A stretch of 62,995 nt of DNA, counting the filler, from Octopus bimaculoides (taxonomy: Eukaryota): NCBI RefSeq assembly GCF_001194135.2. It is 6 parts of 6 records of this genome, joined end to end, with 100 filler letters (N's around TTAATTAATTAA, not from the genome) between each part and the next. Parts side by side here need not be neighbours in the genome. Positions count along the whole stretch, not along the records: positions 40,084 to 53,948 come from NC_068986.1; positions 54,049 to 56,207 come from NW_026322247.1; positions 56,308 to 62,995 come from NC_068981.1; 3 more parts are not named here. One strand, given 5' to 3'. The notes below the pieces were generated by a model. The model was not told where the DNA came from and made no database searches. It saw only the letters and a list, made by a program, of their open reading frames with translations. The position numbers and the translations under genes are program-made. This document shows, one piece after another, positions 52,600 to 62,995 of the stretch. Within the stretch, counting starts at the first letter, position 1; each line of letters starts with the position of its first letter.

Positions 52600-53907
52600 A
52601 GGAATAAAAATTTTATCTACTGTCATGGAAAAAGTGTAACTGTAAAAATGCAGAATTATCGGAGTAATGGGCATTCAAAAAAGTATATATGTATAGAAAT
52701 GTATGAATGAAGTCTTTAAGGTTTAAGATTCAAATCAAGGAAGTCCAATAATAATGTTTAGCAGTTCAAAACTGAGTAGTAAATGCAGAATTAAATCAGC
52801 TGATCGTGAGAATCAAATATTGATCCCTTCGCTAAAAACTGCAGGTGGTATGGGTTATTTCCCTTGGGTTGTTTAAATAAAATATTAGTAATATGTTGTA
52901 GATAGAAGGATCCATTGGAGGGCCCTATTATCGATTTTTTTCAACAATCTAAGTATGTCACGAGGTTTCCAGACATGAGTTCTACTCACGTGTCAAATAA
53001 AGTATAAAAGTGATGTTGTCTGCAAAAATTAGAAATTGGACACACAAAAAATTAATATTGAAAGTAATCGAACATAAACAATGAAACGTAACATATTTCT
53101 AAATTCGATGGCTCAATTAGTTTCATAAAAATGTTGTATGAATTGTAAATAACGAATAAATATGATTTGTAAAATAAGTGATACTGGGTGTCCCAACTGA
53201 ATGTCGCGTGGAAGTTTGGTTTCATTTTTTAAGAACTTTAAGGATTCAAAGTATGAGTTCATTGTATTGGGACACACTTATTAAATACGTTCTGGAATCA
53301 AAAATTTATGTACTGTCATCTATAAACTTTAACTGGTAAAATGCAAAATTATCGGAGTTATGCGCATTGAAAGTGTACATGCGTCAAGAAAGTGCAATAA
53401 TAAGGTTTAGCAGTTGAAAACTGAGTAGTGAAATGCGGAATTAGGTCTGCTGAATCTGGAATCAAAAATTTATGCATTGTCATCGCAAAATTTTAACTGG
53501 AAAAATTCAGAATTATCGGAGTTATGGACATTGAAAGTGTACGTGCATCAAGAAAGTGCAATAATGTTTAGTAGTTGAAAACTGTCAGTAGTAAAATGCA
53601 GAATTAGGTCAGCAGGTCGTGAGAATCAAATATTGATCGCTTCGCTAAAAACTAACAACTGTAAGTGGAGGTGCTATGGGTTATTTCCCTTGGGTGTTTA
53701 AAAAGGTAGTTATATGAGGTAGATATAAAGATCCCTTCCAGGGGCCGTATTATCGATTTTTTCAACAATTTAAGTATGTCACGAAGTTTCCAGACATGAG
53801 TTCTACTCACGTGTCAAATTTCATCAAAATCAATAAAACGGTGTAGGAGAAGTTAGCTAACAACGCTACAAACAAAGACACACCGATTTTCCACATATGT
53901 AGTAGAT
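52600..53907 (+). mobile_element. Helitron-like non-autonomous relic with segmental duplications
   Basis: 52600-52998 is repeated at 53455-53818, and there is a 164-bp tandem unit at 53291/53455. The end TGTCAAATTTCATCAAAATC...ACAAACAAAGAC...TAGTAGAT resembles Lep1-type Helitron ends. Confidence 0.55.
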
Positions 53908-53914
53908 ATGTATG

Positions 53915-53948
<34 letters not shown>

Positions 53949-54631
53949 NNNNNNNNNNNNNNNNNNNNNNNNNNNNNNNNNNNNNNNNNNNNTTAATTAA
54001 TTAANNNNNNNNNNNNNNNNNNNNNNNNNNNNNNNNNNNNNNNNNNNNAGACATAATGAACAGCAGAAAAATCTTAAAGTTAATAATAATGGTAATAAAA
54101 TGTTTTTTCATTAATTGGAAGGAGAAAGGGAGAGAATCCAATGAATTCTTTATATACTTCTAATTGAGTAGATAAACGTTTATAAGGAAGGAAAATTAAA
54201 GATGGATTGTAAATATAATTAATTAACCATAATATTGTATCATATTAAGTTACGGTAATTAACCTAAATACATGGCAATACAAGGTACAAAACTATAAAG
54301 TGATGAAATAATAGGAATAAACATGCTTATGATAACAAAATTGGTAGTATATACGTAAATATATACAAGTATACTTAAAACTCTATGAATATAACTTTTC
54401 AGGGATAAACTTGCTTTACCAACTAGAGGAGGAGAAAAGAGTGTGAACAACTGGCATTGGGGTTAGATATAATTGATATTTTAGATAATATTATAATGTT
54501 ATTATTCTCATAGTTGTTATTATTATTATTATAAATGTCAAAATAAATTTATTATTATTATTACTATTATTGTTATTGTCTATATATATATATATATATA
54601 TCAAAATAAGCAACAAGGATAGCCAGAGGTA

Positions 54632-54720
54632 ATGCAGTACGATCGTTTCATGCAACTCCATTTAATTGAACAATGCAATCATTACATCAGTTTAAAATTC
54701 AGAGCAATCCTCAGCTGCAC
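54632..54720 (-). ncRNA. Type I hammerhead ribozyme with intact core, palindromic stem III and long loop II
   Basis: GUGCAG-CUGAGGA-UUGC...(~50 nt)...GCAU-GAAA-C-GAUC-GUA-CUGCAU: 6-bp stem I, canonical CUGANGA and GAAA, perfect palindrome ACGAUCGU, GUA cleavage triplet. Confidence 0.8.
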
Positions 54721-55156
54721 AAAGACATAGAATTTAATTAATGGACACATTAGTATGATTTTACCTAAAATCTCCAAGAAGTTAAGGAGATAGACAAAGA
54801 ACATGCTGTGTTTACTCCAGCATAGAAGCTACTAAGGTATCAAGAATATATACATTGTTACAGACTCTGTCTGTCACTGATTTTTTGTTTTTATGGGGTC
54901 AGTTTTAATTTATAGACTAGTTTATCAAATCCTTGTATATCTAAGGCTGAGAGAACAAAGGGGCAGTATCTGTTAGGGGTAGGGCTGAGGGAGCAGGCAG
55001 AAATCATAGTTGGTGTAGTCATAAAAATCAAGATTTATTAGAAGCAATATCATGAGGTTTGGTAAAGGAAAACTTAAAACAAGATGTTTTAAGGGGGTTG
55101 CCCACTAGCAGACCATTGATAATGAAACAGGGGAAGTCTTATCATGTAGTACTATA

Positions 55157-55367
55157 CTCTTTTACTCTTTTACTTGTTTCAGTCATTTGACTGTAGCCAC
55201 CTGTAGTCGAGCAAATCGACCCCAAGACTTATTCTTTGCAAGCCTAGTACTTATTCCATCAGTCTCTTTTGCTGAACTGCTAAGTTACGGGGATATAAAC
55301 AGACCAACATCAGTTGTCAAGCGATGTTGGGAGGACAAACACAGACACACAAACATATACACACACT

Positions 55368-55413
<46 letters not shown>

Positions 55414-55580
55414 TACGACGGGCTTCTTTCAGTTTCCATCTACCAAATCCACTCACAAGGCTTTGGTCGGTCCGAGGCTATAGTAGAAGACACTTGCCCA
55501 AGGTGCCATGCAGTGAGACTGAACCCAGAACCATGTGGTTGGTAAGCAAGCTACTTACCACACAGCCACTCCTATGTCTA
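55157..55580 (-). mobile_element. SINE family A, full length
   Basis: Colinear with 2825-3309. Confidence 0.9.
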
Positions 55581-56307
55581 TAGTTAAATATTTTAAACAA
55601 TGTTGCTATATTGTATACAGTGAAAGTTTAGAGGATTATTAAGAAGAATATTTTAACAAAAGGATAGAAATTTTACCACAATAGAGGGAGGAAAAGAAAT
55701 TATCCAGAAATAGTTTAATATTTATACATATTGTACACTTCAATACTAACTCATCAAATGGTATCTGTGAATATTGATTAATTGGCATATACTGGTATTA
55801 ATAAAGGAGTATTGAGTTAAAAGAACATGCTAATTATATATTAATAAAATTATAATTTAAGCAGTTTTTTTATAAATAGTTAATATACCAGTATAGTTTT
55901 ATATAAGCTAAGTATGAATTTATAGAGGTACAAAAATTAGATTAATTTTATAAATAAATAAAGGCTAATTATAAAATAATAAAAAAATAAAATAATCAAG
56001 TAGGGCAGAACACCATAGAAAAGGAATAAAATAGCTTAGTTACTAAAACTATGATAAAATATATGTAGCTTATTAACACCAATAGAGAAGATTTATACAA
56101 AATGTATAATTATTCAAAATATATTAGACTAAAAATTATATATTTACTTATTTAGTTTAATATCAATAAAAGACTGATATCTGGTATCAGCTAAAAGAAT
56201 ATTTAAGNNNNNNNNNNNNNNNNNNNNNNNNNNNNNNNNNNNNNNNNNNNNTTAATTAATTAANNNNNNNNNNNNNNNNNNNNNNNNNNNNNNNNNNNNN
56301 NNNNNNN

Positions 56308-56652
56308 GCTTACGACGTCGAGGGTTCCAGTTGATCCGATCAACGGAACAGTCTGCTCGTGAAATTAACGTGCAAGTGGCTGAGCACTCCACAGACACGT
56401 GTACCCTTAATGTAGTCCTCGGGGATATTCAGCGTGACACAGTGTGATAAGGCTGACCCTTTGAATTACAGGCACAACAGAAACAGGAAGTAAGAGTGAG
56501 AGAAAGTTGTGGTGAAAGAGTACAGCAGGGTTCGCCACCATCCCTTGCCGGAGCCACGTGAAGCTTTAGGTGTTTTCGCTCAATAAACACTCACAACGCC
56601 CGGTCTGGGAATCGAAACCGCGATCCTATGACCGCGAGTCCGCTGCCCTAAC
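56308..56652 (-). mobile_element. tRNA-derived SINE, family C, near full length
   Basis: Reverse complement head GGTTAGGGCAGCGGACTCGCGGTCATAGGATCGCGGTTTCGATTCCCAGACCGGGCG; body homologous to 15575-15875 and 29745-29900. Confidence 0.85.
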
Positions 56653-56867
56653 CTCCGAGGAATCACTAGAAATGACATCAAGATCATCCTTAAATCTGAC
56701 TCAACAGTTTTTTTTTTTAATTGAATGACTCTGAATAATCTTTGAATAATGATACACCATGCCAGAAAATATGGGTGTGATAGTCATGGCTGGAATATCT
56801 CTGATAATAATCCCTTTCCGTCAATAGCTCTCCAAGAACTAAAGACCACCACTAGCAATAACTACTT

Positions 56868-57078
56868 CTTTCAAATTTTGGCACAAGGCCAGCAAGTTTG
56901 GGGAGGGTGCTTGTCTATTACATCGACTCCAGTGCTCAACAGGTATTTATTTTATTGACCCCTGAAAGGATGAAAGGCAAAGTCGACCTGAGTAGAATTT
57001 GAACTGAGAATGTAAAGATGGACGAAATGTCGCTAAGTATTTTGCCCGACGTGCAAACGAATCTGCCAGCTCACCACC
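56868..57078 (-). mobile_element. SINE family B
   Basis: GAAAGGATGAAAGGCAAAGTCGACC...GAATTTGAACTGAGAATG...ATCTGCCAGCTCACC. Confidence 0.85.
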
Positions 57079-59517
57079 GAACACCACCAACAAAAATTAT
57101 TTAAAATGATACTACTGATTACAGCTTCGGTTTGCTTCTGGTTTCTAAATTCTTGTAATATACGAGGCTGAGTTATATGCCCAAGGTGCCACGCAATGGA
57201 ATCAAACACGAAGCTATGGAGTTGCCATGCGATATTCTTAACGATACAACCATTGAAGTAAGAACTAAATAAAATTTTTAATTTTAATAAACTTCGAATA
57301 GGTGATTTCATTCACTCAAAGATGTATAATATTAATTACTTCATTTATCGTTATTTATTTCAAATGAAACTCGCAGCAAAATTGGTTCCTCACGTTACCG
57401 GCTTTGTCTTCATAATTTTTCGCTTTGCACTTCATTCTATATTACTCGCGTGTTACAACTCAAAATTTATAATTTTTACTTCTTTCTTTCATTAGATGTC
57501 TCTAACTATTTTTACATTGTCAAATGTAGAATAAAGAGAATTTCGTAACTGAATAAATGATACAATTTGAAAAAAAAAAAAGATATTCTAATATGAAAGT
57601 AGTTGATAAAACTACCTTAAAGAAGTTGATCAAAAGAAACACTACGTAGCACATATACACAAACTCACACACATGCGCACGCACACACACACACACGCGT
57701 GTATTTATCTTTATATCTATGTAGCTACGTATGTATAAGAAGTCTTGTTTCTTTCCATGAAGTAGTTTACCAAAAAACATGTACACAATATATATATACA
57801 CATATATATATATTTACAGCGACAAACACAAACAGAAGGCTAAAAAAAGAAGAAAACTAATTAATTAAACTCTTAACTAACAACAACAAGTATTTATTGT
57901 GTTTGCTTGTTTATAAATCATGTCGTGAACAACTGTGTTTCTAAATGTCAAGATTTCAACAAGAAAGAATAAGTAAATAAATCCATAAATAGATTAGAGC
58001 GGGGAAGGAGAATGACACTGATTGAAGAAAACTATCTTAGGCAGTCACAGTTTATAAAACGATATCACACAGAGTGCATGAAACATAAGACTGAATAGGT
58101 TTTTCAGCCGAACAAATGTTCAAAGGTTATGGTGTTCACGCACATACATAGGCATACGTACGCATGCAATTACACAAAAACACATAAAAACATACACATA
58201 GACGCTGAGGAGAGCGCATGTGCACTCACGTAAATATATACATATCCAGGCATACATATATTTGTGCGCGCATAGATAGCTATTTGCATACTAGATAGCT
58301 AGATATATGACAGATGCATATGTATGCATCAATATACATACATATATACATTCATGCTTACATGCATACATAATTACATACGTACATACATATCAACATA
58401 GATACACACGTGCACGTTCATACATACGTACATACATATATAGATTCTTACGTACATACATACATACATACATATATAGATTCTTACGTACATACATACA
58501 TACATACATACATACATGGATTCGTCCGTTCAGAGACATATCAGTGTGCGTTTATTTTTAAGTGCGAATCAATACTTGTAGAAAAAAAAATCAGGCGAAA
58601 TGGAAAAATGTGTATAACCATTTATGTATATATGTGTATGAATGTATGTGTGTTCGTGTGTTTTTGTGAGTGCATTTGCATGTATATGTATGTATATGTA
58701 TACGCTTGTGTGTAGGCGTGTGTGTGTAAGTGTATATGCACATGGACACACATATATGTATACATTAAGAAGAGTACATGAATGAAAAAGTTATATGAAT
58801 ACAAAAAGGAGATAAGTGATCACATCATATCTCTGTGTGTGTGAGCGTCTATGTGTGAATGTGATGCATAAGTAAGGACATACATATACATATTATATAT
58901 ATATATACATATATATACATACATAATACATACATACGTACATACATACATATACACATACATACACACACACACATATATATATATGTATGCGTATGCA
59001 TGTTTTTGTCCGTATTTATATATAGTCAAGACTATTGAAAAGGTTGCAAAACGCAACGAAAATTTTAGGAAAATAAAAAATAATAAGTGGAAATTTTAAC
59101 GGTGAGTGTGTTAAATTTTAAGGCACGATAAGAAAATGACTCTCCCCAGACACAACAGAATATGCTTCAACACACGAACTCACATAAAAAATCTTGCAAA
59201 CCAAATCCCAAAANNNNNNNNNNNNNNNNNNNNNNNNNNNNNNNNNNNNNNNNNNNNNNNNNNNNNNNNNNNNNNNNNNNNNNNNNNNNNNNNNNNNNNN
59301 NNNNNNNNNNNNNNNNNNNNNNNNNNNNNNNNNNNNNNNNNNNNNNNNNNNNNNNNNNNNNNNNNNNNNNNNNNNNNNNNNNNNNNNNNNNNNNNNNNNN
59401 NNNNNNNNNNNNNNNNNNNNNNNNNNNNNNNNNNNNNNNNNNNNNNNNNNNNNNNNNNNNNNNNNNNNNNNNNNNNNNNNNNNNNNNNNNNNNNNNNNNN
59501 NNNATATATATATGAAG

Positions 59518-59559
<42 letters not shown>

Positions 59560-60447
59560 AGGCAGAGGGGGGAGAAAGAGAAAGATATGCATTGATTAAC
59601 AAAGCTATAGTGTATTTTCTAGTACATTCATTGGTTCTGTCTCTGTTTGCTAGTCCTATACTACTGGTAGCACAAGATTGGATGCTTTTAACACCGGGTA
59701 ATGAGAGATATTCTCTTCGAAACAGAACATACCATACTGAAATATGTGTTACCCTACCACGAAAAAATTGTGCCATTCACATTTTCTATTAGTTCTTAAA
59801 CATCTCCGTTTGAACCAGTTCACTGTTCCAACGATAGTAGATATCAGTGAACGACGTGAGTTATGAACAGGCATCGTCTACTTAGGAGTGTTCTCTGCAG
59901 ACGAAAACAACAGTGATCAGATATGCACGTTCGTATCTTCAATATTGTATTAAGAGTGAATAATAACAGAGCTATATTCTCTGTTTTTATCCTCATTCTT
60001 CAACTTCACATCAAAATTTGAATATGCATCTGCCGACGTGGTATGAAATTCAATTTTAACAGATATATCTATGCGACCGTGTGTATATTTTGAGTGCGTA
60101 AGCGGCGCTTATGTGTATGTTTGCGTTATATANNNNNNNNNNTCTTTACGTTCCTTGCGTGGCTCTTCTCCTCCACCTGATATAGTCCAATCGAGAGTTT
60201 TGATAGCACATCTGGTGTTTAAGAGAATATATATATATAGAGAGAGAGAGACTACACACTAACATGAAACTGTAGTTCCTTACGCTCAGCACAGAAATGT
60301 TTGTTTCGGCATCGTATTTGTTTGCGGGTTTCCTGGCCATTAAATGTATATTCTTGCATGTATTTCTGATATAATAGGTTCTATCAAACTTATTAAGGCA
60401 CTTATTCAGCACTCTGCATCTCTGATGCAGAATATTATGTGCCGATT

Positions 60448-60610
60448 TCAAATTTTCTCACAAGGCCAGCAATTTCGTGGGAGGGGAAAGTCGATTATAT
60501 TGACTCCAGTGCTTGCTTAACTGGTAGTTATTTTATCGACCCTGAAAGGAAGAAAGGCAAAGTTGACCTCGGTGAAATTTGAACCCAGGACGTAAAAAGG
60601 GACGAGATGT
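60448..60610 (-). mobile_element. SINE family B
   Basis: TTTATCGACCCTGAAAGGAAGAAAGGCAAAGTTGACCTCGG. Confidence 0.8.
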
Positions 60611-60709
60611 CAGAATGCTGTATATTAAAGTATATTTCTAAATGTAGAAAGATAGATAGATGGATAAATGGATAGATAGATAGATAGATAGATAGATAGN
60701 NNNNNNNNN

Positions 60710-60741
<32 letters not shown>

Positions 60742-60879
60742 TTAGATAGATAGATGGATTTATAGCTAGATAGACTTATAGTTGCACACATAATACATAT
60801 ACACGTACGTACATATGTGTGTATGTATGTATATATGTATGCATGTATGTTTGGAGTATATATATAATGTAGTATTTAG

Positions 60880-61480
60880 TTTTATCTCTAGATCTCTTGT
60901 CAAAGGAGAAATGCGGTTTCTAATCTAGATCCTAGTCTCTTCATTAAAATTTGAAACAACATTAACAACGTTATTTGTGACGTTTGTTTGTATTTGTTCA
61001 ATATTTGAACTAGTGCATGCGCAAAGTTTTAAGTTTTGTTTCATGTATGTATTCTCAGGCATGTAGTTGCATGTCTAGGCAAATACACACATATGCTTAA
61101 ATGCTAAGCATTTGAACAATTTTGACAATTCCATTGATGTTTTGTATCTGTAATCTTCTCATTAGCTTTTTTCCCCTCCGGTTCTGAGAAGCTTACTCTC
61201 GAAAGACTGAAGCTTAGGTAGTGTGCTATATATCCTAGTGCTCCAATAATTACAGGTATCGATCTGAACTTGTAATCCCGGTGGAGTAGCAGTAAATTTC
61301 TGAATAGTAAAGCGTAGGTGATTTCCTCTGCTCTATATCCTCTTATCTGTCACAAATCATTATGTCAGGTCAATTATATTTTCATTTTATTCGGGTTTTC
61401 GCTGAGACGTTCCACCAGTATTTTTTCCATATTATGAGTGGCTATAGCCTCTACCTCACTGTGAGATTTCATGTGTGTGA
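60880..61480 (-). pseudogene. R4-type RLE LINE 3' fragment (family D2) with 3' UTR
   Basis: YWWNVSAKTRIK*KYN*PDIMICD...DYKFRSIPVIIGALGYI...LQIQNINGIVKI; the UTR is homologous to 42870-43140. Confidence 0.87.
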
Positions 61481-61518
61481 ACGTAAGTACGTATGTATGT
61501 ATGTATGTATGTATGCTT

Positions 61519-61737
61519 TGTGTCGACGCCCCCAGGCGAAGATTTAGGATCTCCCAAGACATATAAATAGAGGTAGTCTGGCCGTGGTAGGAGTATTGAG
61601 TAGCAGTCGAGTAGCAGCTGTGTAGCGGTTGAGTAGAGATCATCCGAAGGTGCTAGATAACAGTAGCGTTGAGACATAACAGTGGCGACGAGGATTTCGT
61701 AGCTCAAACAGCCACTGTGTAGAATTGAGACATAACA
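61519..61737 (+). mobile_element. Miniature LTR-retrotransposon relic: ~160-bp LTR + tRNA-Ser PBS + collapsed second LTR end
   Basis: TG...TAACA (61519-61681) contains TATAAATA and is followed by G-TGGCGACGAGGAT (61683-61695), complementary to the metazoan tRNA-Ser(GCU) 3' end. TTGAGACATAACA is repeated at 61725-61737. Confidence 0.7.
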
Positions 61738-61947
61738 GCATGTATGTATGTATGTATTATGTATGTATGCATGCATGCATGTATAAATGTATGTGCGTCA
61801 GTATGCATGTATGCACGCACGTATGTATGCATAGATGCGTTTTATCTTATAGAGGTGACGAGAAATAAGGAAATAGACACCTCAAAATAGTGATGGAGCA
61901 AAGCATCTGTTTCATATATGTGTGTGTGTCTTTGCATGTGTATGTAC

Positions 61948-61995
<48 letters not shown>

Positions 61996-62074
61996 ATAGG
62001 AGCGTGTGTCTTTGTGCATGTGTTTGTTTATGCTTAGTGTTTGTTTATATGTACACAGAGATAGATCTATAGAT

Positions 62075-62107
<33 letters not shown>

Positions 62108-62286
62108 CATACATACATACATACATACATACATACATACATACATACATACATAAATACAAACATATATTTAAATAAATATATAAGCAAGTACGCATAA
62201 ACACACGTATGTGAAGATATATGCGTCGGGGTGCACGCACGTACACACACATGTACACACACACAGAAGCATACAGAATACACTCA

Positions 62287-62334
<48 letters not shown>

Positions 62335-62446
62335 CATCCTTTATCTCTAACTGTCCATCTGTCTCACCCTCTCTCTCTGTCTCTCTCTCTCTCTATCTCT
62401 CTCTCCCTCTCCCTCTCTCTCTATCTCTCTCTCTCTCTATCTCTCT

Positions 62447-62487
<41 letters not shown>

Positions 62488-62957
62488 CAACTAAATACGT
62501 GTATACATGAGTGTGCGCGAGTGTCGATATGATTGAATGTATGTATATTTGCCTACTTTTCTGTGTCTATCTCTCTCTACCTCTTTCTCTGTCTCACTTT
62601 CTCTCCCATATATATGTATGTACGTATGTACGTATGCTTGTATGCATGTATGTATGTAGGTATGTATGTATGCATGTATGTATATCCATCTTAGTGATGT
62701 AAATGTAAGATTAAGGGAAGTCATACCGCCCCTCCACGTCTTATTTTGCATTACACGCGTGACTACGGTTGATAATTGAAGCAGAGCCGACTCATTACTC
62801 CTTGACCACCATCTGCCCTACATATGCTACTTCAATCGGTACAACACACGTACTGAGTACCCCTTTTCGCCTGCCATTTTCACTGTTACGTTGTATTTCA
62901 GTATATGTGAGTAAATATATAGCTATGTACAGAAGCATATATACATAAATGTGTGTG

Positions 62958-62995
<38 letters not shown>

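Noticed and set aside
55585-56207. AT-rich stretch resembling a mitochondrial insertion
   Set aside because: No frame gives a recognisable mitochondrial protein, rRNA or tRNA.

Overview
Repeat-dense, AT-rich eukaryotic scaffold with many N gaps. Its SINE repertoire looks cephalopod (octopus-like; recognised from memory, not database-checked). No host protein-coding gene could be identified with confidence, and most ORFs in the track are microsatellite or N artefacts. All recognisable coding sequence comes from decayed retrotransposons: (i) a Penelope-like element (RT + GIY-YIG, Naiad-style motifs, minus strand, ORF about 49983-47935) with a ~1.3-1.5 kb inverted pseudo-LTR, each arm holding a minimal hammerhead ribozyme; (ii) an L1/Tx1-type LINE (putative ORF1, APE, truncated RT; 40.1-42.6 kb); (iii) two R4/Dong-type RLE LINE families in five fragments. 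A third hammerhead with an intact catalytic core lies at 54632-54720 (minus strand). The window also holds about 25 copies or fragments of three tRNA-derived SINE families, mariner- and piggyBac-type MITEs, unclassified inverted-repeat elements, a Helitron-like relic and a miniature LTR relic with a tRNA-Ser PBS. The hammerhead/PLE set is the most interesting signal. It fits a known class of system, but these copies have unusual features.
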